Shown: piece by piece, positions 8,604 through 15,528 of the stretch
Numbering within the stretch: position 1 is the first letter of the stretch
Layout: each line of letters starts with the position of its first letter
IMG/VR virus record: IMGVR_UViG_3300043466_002653
Coordinates: 1-54,275 of that record
Length of the DNA stretch: 54,275 nucleotides
Source of the DNA: a virus
Lineage: Duplodnaviria > Caudoviricetes
Strand: one strand, 5' to 3'
The notes under the pieces: generated by a model
The model's input: the letters and a program-made list of their open reading frames with translations, nothing else
What the model was told of the DNA's origin: nothing
Database searches by the model: none
Program-made: the position numbers and the translations under genes

Positions 8604-8849
8604 TTATTCTTCTTCATGTTCTACGAATACATATAACTTGAATACATGTTCGTAGTTACATTCAAATACATCTTCCTCACCATATTCATTACGATAAGTA
8701 ATTGTATAATTATCTCCAGTAGAATCATCTACAATTGATATTACATCAACAATAGAGCCTTCAATCTCTACGAGATCATCTTCCATTAGTTGTGCTGGCG
8801 TGAGTAAATCTGCATATACCAATTCCATAAGGTTTATTGTATCAGACAT
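8604..8849 (-). CDS. hypothetical acidic protein
   Basis: 81-aa ORF in an operon. Confidence 0.65.
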   Translation of the reverse strand: MSDTINLMELVYADLLTPAQLMEDDLVEIEGSIVDVISIVDDSTGDNYTITYRNEYGEEDVFECNYEHVFKLYVFVEHEEE

Positions 8850-8993
8850 TTAGATCCCTTCATTGTCAAAATCAAGTAAGACTTCATTACAGTTTTCGCA
8901 TTCAATTGCGATATTTTGCTGGTCACCATAGATAGCAACATCTAAGGAATGTCCGTAGTGATCTGCTAATTCGTTATAGGTTTGTACGCTCAT
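8850..8993 (-). CDS. small hypothetical protein (47 aa, HxxH/CxxC)
   Basis: MSVQTYNELADHYGHSLDVAIYGDQQNIAIECENCNEVLLDFDNEGI, coupled to both neighbours. Confidence 0.6.
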   Translation of the reverse strand: MSVQTYNELADHYGHSLDVAIYGDQQNIAIECENCNEVLLDFDNEGI

Positions 8994-9277
8994 TAGTCCT
9001 CCCATTCAGGAAGCCAAAATTCCAAGTGGTGTTGTTCAATAATAGCCCTTGCAGGTGCTTGCGTACTTCCACGATATAGAATCTGAAAGTCACCAACCTT
9101 TGGCATGTCAATCATGCGGTCATAGTCCTCATCATAGTATGCGTCAATTGCTTCAATGCAAGGGGCTACCATTTCTGCGGGTACGGGAGGATAGTGATTA
9201 CCCTTCAAGTGATATAGAATCTGAGTTTCTAAGTCCAATACTGTATCCTGTATTCCTAACGCTGTTACACTTCCCAT
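8993..9277 (-). CDS. hypothetical protein
   Basis: HLKGNHYPPVP motif; ATG at 9277 with GAGGAG SD. Confidence 0.7.
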   Translation of the reverse strand: MGSVTALGIQDTVLDLETQILYHLKGNHYPPVPAEMVAPCIEAIDAYYDEDYDRMIDMPKVGDFQILYRGSTQAPARAIIEQHHLEFWLPEWED

Positions 9278-9431
9278 TATTCGTTCTCCTCTGATTCGTC
9301 TACCCATTCTACATATTCGTCATTATCTATTTCCATTAGGTTGGTATAGATTATTAGTTGTCCATAGTTATCCTGTTGTATATCATAGTCTGGCGCTATC
9401 TTTGCAAGTGCCGTTCTGAATTCATATCCGT

Positions 9432-9647
9432 TCATACTTTTACTACAACCCTTCCGTCACGATAAAATAATTTAGTATACATTTTGCCTGTTGGCGTTGA
9501 GATATTGACTGTTCGATATTCGTTAGCCATTCCCCAGTCGGTGAATCGGAAAAAACTTTCCCATGCACCAAACTCATTTTCATAGCGTTGTGTCCAATGA
9601 GGAGCGTGTCCGTCATATGCACTTGTTACTGCGTATTCGTATTCCAT
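9432..9647 (-). CDS. hypothetical protein
   Basis: 71-aa ORF, GAGG SD. Confidence 0.65.
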   Translation of the reverse strand: MEYEYAVTSAYDGHAPHWTQRYENEFGAWESFFRFTDWGMANEYRTVNISTPTGKMYTKLFYRDGRVVVKV

Positions 9648-9950
9648 TAGTTAGCCTCTTTCGTTGTAAATAATGCGCCTTCATTTAGTAAGCCCAATTC
9701 AATATTGAATAATTCATCGGGTGTTGCAGACTCTAAGTCTACCCACCCTGCACCGTCTTTGTCAATTCTAAATATCTCTATATATCCCATTATTGTTCCT
9801 CACAATTCTTTGTATAATCAAACTCACAATAGTAACAACCCATGAATTCTAAGTGTTCTTCACAATAGTACTTGAATTGACTTTCATCGCAACAAAAAAA
9901 CTGTTCATCTGATACTTCATAGAATTCTGTTTTATCAATTATATTCAACA

Positions 9951-10166
9951 TTATTCACTTACCTTTACTGCTACTGTGCGATAGGTTCTGCGACCAAAAT
10001 TATTGTATCCGCTATTAGGTGCAACCTCTACAAGATAAGTTTCGCAACCTTGATACCATATACCCTTTGGGTGTTTTTCTGCTGAGGTTATCTCACCTTG
10101 CAGAGTGCGTGAGTTGTAATTTGTTCCTATGAGTAGGTCTTGTATTGTATATACATTTGCTGACAT
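9951..10166 (-). CDS. hypothetical protein
   Basis: 71-aa ORF, GAAAGAGG SD, promoter at 10200-10221. Confidence 0.7.
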   Translation of the reverse strand: MSANVYTIQDLLIGTNYNSRTLQGEITSAEKHPKGIWYQGCETYLVEVAPNSGYNNFGRRTYRTVAVKVSE

Positions 10167-10269
10167 TTGCCAACCTCTTTCTTTTTGTTTATATAAATAA
10201 TCTTAGCATATGCGACTGACATTTTCACATTACTTGCCAGTAATTCCACATAGTAAGACGCTCAAACTC

Positions 10270-10285
10270 TGTGAGAAAAATCACA
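10270..10285. promoter_or_regulatory. CRP/GlxR-type site
   Basis: Perfect TGTGA-GAAAAA-TCACA. Confidence 0.75.
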
Positions 10286-10297
10286 TTCAACGTAAGG

Positions 10298-10318
10298 TTA
10301 TCCACAGCCTGTGGACGA
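10298..10318. promoter_or_regulatory. inverted DnaA box pair
   Basis: TTATCCACA-gcc-TGTGGACGA. Confidence 0.6.
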
Positions 10319-10347
10319 CACGCTAGATGATCGCCTAGCGAAAATTT

Positions 10348-10375
10348 GAGCAGTTTGAAATCTTGCTCAGGATTT
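10348..10375 (-). ncRNA. repeated pseudoknot motif, copy 6
   Basis: AAATC-CT-GAGCA-A-GATTT-CAAAC-TGCTC. Confidence 0.7.
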
Positions 10376-10386
10376 ATTTTTATTTT

Positions 10387-10572
10387 TTATTTTTCTGCAA
10401 GTTCTTGTATATAACATGCATTTTTGAAAGTCATTGGATTGAATCTTGGATTGTCAGATAAAAACATATCTGAAAAATCATAGACCAAATCCTCAAAAGC
10501 AAATTTTTCAATTAGACTTGAATAATTGCTTAGAATTTCAGCAGTTGCGACATAGTCTTTTCGTGTCATCAT
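10387..10572 (-). CDS. conserved phage hypothetical protein
   Basis: MTRKDY...DNPRFN..F..AC motif. Confidence 0.75.
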   Translation of the reverse strand: MMTRKDYVATAEILSNYSSLIEKFAFEDLVYDFSDMFLSDNPRFNPMTFKNACYIQELAEK

Positions 10573-10573
10573 T

Positions 10574-10780
10574 TTATTTTGCCACCTTTAGAATTGCGTA
10601 TGAGCCATTTTTATTTATTTCATCTATAGCAGGCTGAATCATTGGTGCAAGCAATTCTTTTAGCATACCTTCAAGCAATTCAATACGCATTGACTCTGAG
10701 ATAGCCATAAGTTGTTTCCCTACTGGGTGAGTTTCGTCTACTTCTGTGATGAACTTTAGATTGTGTTCTACTTTTACCAT
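10574..10780 (-). CDS. hypothetical protein
   Basis: ATG at 10780 with AAAGGA SD. Confidence 0.65.
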   Translation of the reverse strand: MVKVEHNLKFITEVDETHPVGKQLMAISESMRIELLEGMLKELLAPMIQPAIDEINKNGSYAILKVAK

Positions 10781-10921
10781 TTTTATCTGTCCTTTGTTAG
10801 TTGTTTGTTTTTGAAAGTTGCACACATTGGCATTGTGTTATATTTATTGTATCAGTACCGACTGACACGATAGCAAGGGTATCGCAATTATCGCATATCC
10901 ACATTCCCGCAATCTGTTGCA

Positions 10922-11107
10922 TTATAGAGTTGCCTTTCCTCTAAGTGTTCCACGAACGCCGAGAGCGTCGCAAGATACTTTTACCGCAACGCCTACAGGG
11001 AGTTGAGTTGGATAAGTTGAGATGAATTGAGCAACCGCACCTTTTGAGGGCATGTCAATCTTTTTTGTTGAACCTGAAAAGGTTTCAAGGATTATAGTGT
11101 AAGTCAT
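10922..11107 (-). CDS. hypothetical protein, paralog of 11808-11984
   Basis: TFSGSTK...VSCDALGVRG. Confidence 0.75.
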   Translation of the reverse strand: MTYTIILETFSGSTKKIDMPSKGAVAQFISTYPTQLPVGVAVKVSCDALGVRGTLRGKATL

Positions 11108-11217
11108 TTAGTGACTTCCTTTCGTAGTTTGTTTATATTATCTATTATAGCATTTTGGACTGACAATATCAAATCCAAATTCGGACATTTAGGACATTAG
11201 GAATGTGACGTTGGTCA

Positions 11218-11397
11218 CTATCGAGAGATAGTCCATTTTGACCACATATCCATACGGTCACCGTCAAATTCTAACCAAAATCTTTCGATATTAGTTTCGC
11301 ATACCTCACAAAAGGTATATTGCTCATCTCTTACATTTGAGATAGCAGGGATATGAGGTGTATGTTCTTGACATACTGTAGTTTTTAGTGAATTCAT
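11218..11397 (-). CDS. small Cys-containing protein, paralog of 13162-13347 (not in ORF track)
   Basis: MNSLKTTVCQEHTPHIPAISN..DEQYTFCEVCETNIERF..WSKW. Confidence 0.75.
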   Translation of the reverse strand: MNSLKTTVCQEHTPHIPAISNVRDEQYTFCEVCETNIERFWLEFDGDRMDMWSKWTISR

Positions 11398-11508
11398 TTT
11401 GAATTCCTTTCTTTATTGATAACCTTTATCAATTTTCTTTATACGAGAAGTATAGCATAAAAATGTCAAAAAGTCAAATCGACACGCCGTAAATCAGGGG
11501 AATAATCG

Positions 11509-11552
11509 TGTGATTCGTATCACATTAGTTATGCACATCACCCTGTGGATAA
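11509..11552. promoter_or_regulatory. CRP-type site plus inverted DnaA box pair
   Basis: TGTGA-TTCGTA-TCACA (11509-11524); TTATGCACA (11529-11537) and TGTGGATAA (11544-11552). Confidence 0.7.
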
Positions 11553-11807
11553 CTTTTGCCTAGCGTTTTTCATTCGCCTTTCACGAATAAAAAAGATCCA
11601 CTTAGTAAGCAAATCATAGAGAACCAAAACAATGCGCTACCGCTTGAAAAAAAGTTATTCATTAAATATCAAATCCTAAAAAATAAAATAAAAAATTAAA
11701 TAACATTATTAGTGAAAGAATATTATTTTCAATCACCGCTGGATCTGTTGCACTATCTAACCAAGTTAAATATTCGTTAATGCTTTCGATTAGTCCGTGT
11801 ATGTTCA

Positions 11808-11984
11808 TTATTTGTTTCCTTTCAAGTGACCTGATATTCCAAGGGCATCGCAAGATACCTGCAACACTACTGATTTAGGTAGTGCATTACTGAGTGCGCT
11901 CATGTACATAGCGACATCTAACGGGGTATTGAAAGGCATAGCCTTAGTGCTACCATTGAAGGTAGTTAGTTTTAGTGTTATCAT
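11808..11984 (-). CDS. hypothetical protein, paralog of 10922-11107 (not in ORF track)
   Basis: MITLKLTTFNGSTKAMP...VSCDALGISGHLKGNK. Confidence 0.75.
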   Translation of the reverse strand: MITLKLTTFNGSTKAMPFNTPLDVAMYMSALSNALPKSVVLQVSCDALGISGHLKGNK

Positions 11985-12130
11985 TATTTAGACTCCTCTA
12001 CATGAAACGCATTGAATTTAGCGATTTCGTTTTCGCTAAGTGGGTATAGTGATTTGTTTAGAGCGAATACCGCTCTCATCTCATCTTCTGCCTCTACGAC
12101 ATAAGATATAAGCACATTATATTTATTCAT
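11984..12130 (-). CDS. small hypothetical protein (48 aa)
   Basis: MNKYNVLISYVVEAEDE..., TAATG-coupled at both ends. Confidence 0.6.
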   Translation of the reverse strand: MNKYNVLISYVVEAEDEMRAVFALNKSLYPLSENEIAKFNAFHVEESK

Positions 12131-12294
12131 TATTTTACTCCTTTATATAAAAAGTCCCAAGCCTTACGGCAAATTAGTATGCTTTCGCAATTATCACAAC
12201 AGATAGAGCCGTGAGGGTTTAGGTTTATATCATATGCATCTACATATGCTATTGTGTTTCCGCAAACGGAATCAAGTGGATAGAGTGTGCTCAT
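12130..12294 (-). CDS. small Cys-rich protein, paralog of 12998-13162 (not in ORF track)
   Basis: LDSVCG...NLNPHGSICCDNCESILICRKAWDFLYKGVK. Confidence 0.75.
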   Translation of the reverse strand: MSTLYPLDSVCGNTIAYVDAYDINLNPHGSICCDNCESILICRKAWDFLYKGVK

Positions 12295-12533
12295 TAGTTA
12301 GCACCTTTCTTTAGTACGGACATGATAGCGACATATCGCTGAGCGATTATTACCGCTTTAGGATTCAGGGTAGAGTTGAATCTACCTTGTGAATAGTCGC
12401 TTGGGTATTTGTTAGCAATACGCTGAGCGATACGAGTAGGGAGAACATTGGTAGGGCGTGGAGAGTATCCACCTGCCTCTAAACCAAATTCGAGGGCAAT
12501 ATCCTTGCGGATACTTTCGTTATAGTGAGTCAT
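12294..12533 (-). CDS. hypothetical protein
   Basis: 79-aa ORF, AGAAAGGAG SD, promoter at 12588-12609. Confidence 0.7.
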   Translation of the reverse strand: MTHYNESIRKDIALEFGLEAGGYSPRPTNVLPTRIAQRIANKYPSDYSQGRFNSTLNPKAVIIAQRYVAIMSVLKKGAN

Positions 12534-12643
12534 ATTTGACTCCTTTCTTTAGCGGAATTCTTTACCGCTTGTTTTCTTTATATATACATTATAGCAGGGG
12601 GGTCTGACATATTGAGGGGTACAAATTATACTAAAACGGACAT

Positions 12644-12675
12644 TGTGAGATTAGTCACATGAGATGTAGGTCACA
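12644..12675. promoter_or_regulatory. tandem CRP-type sites
   Basis: TGTGA-GATTAG-TCACA directly followed by TGAGA-TGTAGG-TCACA. Confidence 0.7.
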
Positions 12676-12800
12676 TTTTCCAGGGGAATTATAACATTTA
12701 CATAACAATATTAAAACTATCGGTGTGTCGACTTGACACGAGCCCTAGTAGATCACCTAGCAAATTTTGCATAGTGTTTAGTTATGCAAAACTTTTTTAT

Positions 12801-12998
12801 TTATCTTTTTATCATTTCTTTTGCATTTTCTAAAATAGATAATTGTTCACGAAACGATTTTGCAATTTCGTTTTGTTGTTCTTCTGTAAGTGTTGTCCAC
12901 ACATAACCAAGAAGATAGTGTGTGCCACTATCAGCATTGCCATAGCGAATTTCTGTAGACATTTTGCGAATGTCTGCAAGTAGTTGCATATCTTTCAT
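12801..12998 (-). CDS. hypothetical protein
   Basis: ATG at 12998 with AAGGAG SD. Confidence 0.65.
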   Translation of the reverse strand: MKDMQLLADIRKMSTEIRYGNADSGTHYLLGYVWTTLTEEQQNEIAKSFREQLSILENAKEMIKR

Positions 12999-13162
12999 TA
13001 TTTTACTCCTTTGTATAAAAAATCCCATGCCTTACGGCAGATTAAAATTGAGCGACAGTTATCGCAACAGATAGACCCGTTAGGGTTGAGGTTGAAGTCA
13101 TATGAATCAACGAATGTATGTGTCTTTCCACATACTGAATCAAGACGAATTAGTGTAGTCAT
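12998..13162 (-). CDS. small Cys-rich protein, paralog of 12130-12294
   Basis: LDSVCG...GSICCDNCRSILICRKAWDFLYKGVK. Confidence 0.75.
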   Translation of the reverse strand: MTTLIRLDSVCGKTHTFVDSYDFNLNPNGSICCDNCRSILICRKAWDFLYKGVK

Positions 13163-13347
13163 TATTCTGATACCTTCCATTTAGACCATGGAGCATATGG
13201 GTTTGACGAATCAGCCCAACGCTCGATATTTTGTTCACACTCTGTGCAGAATGTGAATTGCTCATCGAAACACATATTGTATGTGTTAGAGATAGCGGAC
13301 ATTTGAGGTGTATGCGTTTCGCATACTATTGTATTTAGTGAATTCAT
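13162..13347 (-). CDS. small Cys-containing protein, paralog of 11218-11397
   Basis: MNSLNTIVCETHTP..AISN..DEQFTFCTECEQNIERW..WSKW; AGAAAGGAA SD. Confidence 0.75.
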   Translation of the reverse strand: MNSLNTIVCETHTPQMSAISNTYNMCFDEQFTFCTECEQNIERWADSSNPYAPWSKWKVSE

Positions 13348-13363
13348 GTTGAATTCCTTTCTA

Positions 13364-13567
13364 TTAGTTAAAGTGATAGTTGCAGATATTAGTTTCTGCA
13401 TTGTTGATAAGGACAAGGTGAGATGAAACAGGAGATGTGCAATCTGCAATCTCACACTTTCCACCTAAATATGAATCGTGGATATCGCAACCATATCCAT
13501 CGCAATATGAATCTTCACACTCAATAGACCAATCGGCTTGAGGTGTTATGTCAATTAGTGAAGTCAT
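13364..13567 (-). CDS. small Cys/His-rich protein
   Basis: 67 aa, six Cys, AGAAAGGAAG SD, promoter at 13623-13644. Confidence 0.65.
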   Translation of the reverse strand: MTSLIDITPQADWSIECEDSYCDGYGCDIHDSYLGGKCEIADCTSPVSSHLVLINNAETNICNYHFN

Positions 13568-13974
13568 TTTGACTTCCTTTCTTTAGTTAGGTTTACTTCT
13601 TTTTCAACCTTCTATATATAGAAGTATAGCAGGGGGGTCTGACATCTACTGAGCGGTAACTATGACAAAACGGACATTTTGATTTGTGATGTACGCCACA
13701 AATTATGACAAGGCTCTGACCTGCACTTATAGGGCGGGGGTCGAATGTGATGTACGCCACAGGGTGGGCTGTAGTGTATAACAATTTGATAACTTTTATG
13801 CGGGTACTGGCGTGTCGACTTGACAAAATCGCTAGGAGATATGTGCTCACTATATTTTTTAGGTTTTATATACATAAACACGTATCATACATCTGAACAA
13901 ATTATTCAGATTTTAGGCTATTTGGGTTTTACAAAATTTTTCAGATTTTCCACGGGATAGGGTATAATAGATCT

Positions 13975-14181
13975 ATGGGAATATTAGAAAACTTCGAAAA
14001 CGCCTGGGATATAGAATTACAAGAGAAACCAGAGTATGAATCAAAACCTATGCCAGTTACTGACAATATGGGTAGAGAAGTATTTTGGGAAGATATGGGA
14101 AGACCAGAAGGTGGATGGACAAAAGGTATTGCCTCCTATGATGCTTCGACTGTAGATTTATTTTTAAAGGCTCAAGAATGA
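13975..14181 (+). CDS. hypothetical protein
   Basis: Leaderless start 6 nt after TATAAT. Confidence 0.7.
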   Translation: MGILENFENAWDIELQEKPEYESKPMPVTDNMGREVFWEDMGRPEGGWTKGIASYDASTVDLFLKAQE

Positions 14182-14345
14182 ATAAAGAAGAGATTTTAAC
14201 TCCAGAGCAAGCACAAGCGGTTTATTTATTTCAGATTGAACAAAAACTAAGGTTTGTTATTGCAAAGCAAATTGAAGAAAAATTCCACGGTAAATATCAT
14301 AACGAATCACATGAAATAGCACAATTCATTCGTTATACATCTTAA
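14178..14345 (+). CDS. small hypothetical protein (55 aa, not in ORF track)
   Basis: MNKEEILTPEQAQAVYLFQIEQKLRF..., ATGA overlap with the upstream gene. Confidence 0.6.
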   Translation: MNKEEILTPEQAQAVYLFQIEQKLRFVIAKQIEEKFHGKYHNESHEIAQFIRYTS

Positions 14346-14527
14346 ACAATGACTCCACTATCTTGCAACTTATCATATATATTTGACATCATAAAACTAA
14401 GGCTTGGCTGACTCTGATCAATACTATTTTTTAACTGCTCTTCATCCATTCCAGCCTGAAGACCTAATGCAATGTTATCTGCATTGATGCTTTCTAACAT
14501 AATTGCTACTGCTTCTTCTTTTGTCAT
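14342..14527 (-). CDS. hypothetical protein
   Basis: 61-aa ORF, GGTGA SD. Confidence 0.65.
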   Translation of the reverse strand: MTKEEAVAIMLESINADNIALGLQAGMDEEQLKNSIDQSQPSLSFMMSNIYDKLQDSGVIV

Positions 14528-14531
14528 TTGA

Positions 14532-14735
14532 TCACCATTTCTCTATTGGACATTTTGCTTCTAATAATGTGGTTTTTAATTTCATAAAACATCCACACTT
14601 CCTACATTTCTGAAGTGATTTTTTAAACCACTCACATTCATTACAAATTTTTAGGCGGGACTCAATGAGTTCACGATTTGATCTTGGTTGATTAGGATCA
14701 AACAAATCACCAAAGGAAACATCACTCAATTCCAC
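14532..14735 (-). CDS. Cys-rich DUF6171-like protein
   Basis: R..IC..C...C..CGCFM..K.......CP..KW; start uncertain. Confidence 0.7.
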   Translation of the reverse strand: MELSDVSFGDLFDPNQPRSNRELIESRLKICNECEWFKKSLQKCRKCGCFMKLKTTLLEAKCPIEKW

Positions 14736-15496
14736 TCCACCTCTTGATCATATGTAACCGAATACTCTCCTCCGAATATCTCAGCATATGACACTATATC
14801 TCTATTATACCTGATAACGGTGTTGATACCTACTTTATCGCACATGTACTTCATACCCTGGACTAATGGCTCAAAACTCATCTCCTGGTCTTCTAAGGCC
14901 TTATTTAGGGTATTCAGGTAACGTTCCTTGCCGTATCTTTTAGATGTAAATGATTGATCAATATAATCAAACCTTGCTTGTACATCATTTGCTTTTGCAA
15001 TGTCCGAATTGTCTGTTATATACTTTACTGCCAAATGCTCCATCCGTTTAGACCAATTTCGCATGTTGTCGCTGTACTTCTCCATATTCTTTAGAGTTGA
15101 ATCAGCAAAAGCCATGCGTATAAGGTCTTGTTCGGAGGTTTGAACCTCTGTTGCGAAACTTATCAAAAAGGCGGTTGCGTATGGGAACTTGTCAGTATAT
15201 GTCGTCACGCCGAAGTGCACATTTGGATTAAACGACTCGATTGACATATTATCATCAAGTAAGCGCATATGATTTCCGAGAGATACATACTCTTCTCGAT
15301 TCATATCACAGTCAACGAATAGACAATCTTCTGCATTGATCCCGTCGGCCAAACATAAAATATTTTTATCGTATGAACCTACTATTTTCGAACCGTTAAA
15401 ACGCTCTAATAATTTTGCGGTCATAAAACCATCCATGTCGGGGGATATAATTAAATTTTTGGAATGCTCAAGTGTTTCGAGTATGGCTGTTTTCAT
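14726..15496 (-). CDS. hypothetical protein, possible DHH-like phosphoesterase
   Basis: IISPDMDG (DHH motif I-like), FVDCD and GNH motifs. Confidence 0.55.
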   Translation of the reverse strand: MKTAILETLEHSKNLIISPDMDGFMTAKLLERFNGSKIVGSYDKNILCLADGINAEDCLFVDCDMNREEYVSLGNHMRLLDDNMSIESFNPNVHFGVTTYTDKFPYATAFLISFATEVQTSEQDLIRMAFADSTLKNMEKYSDNMRNWSKRMEHLAVKYITDNSDIAKANDVQARFDYIDQSFTSKRYGKERYLNTLNKALEDQEMSFEPLVQGMKYMCDKVGINTVIRYNRDIVSYAEIFGGEYSVTYDQEVEWN

Positions 15497-15528
15497 TTTT
15501 CGAATATACCCCTTATAATAATCTTATT

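Noticed and set aside
3860-10375. Pseudoknot repeats as CRISPR repeats, terminators or hammerhead/theta ribozymes
   Set aside because: They are dispersed with no regular spacers or cas genes, have no consistent U-tract, lack the CUGANGA/GAAA three-way junction, and copy 1 lies 5' rather than 3' of the tRNA.
602-10637. Plus-strand ORFs across the early region (e.g. 602, 1529, 1926, 2698, 4110, 4719, 9049, 10446)
   Set aside because: Antisense to well-supported minus-strand genes that have promoters and SD sequences.
13593-13881. ORFs 13593-13850 and 13660-13881
   Set aside because: They overlap a promoter and motif-dense spacer and have no SD or protein-like composition.
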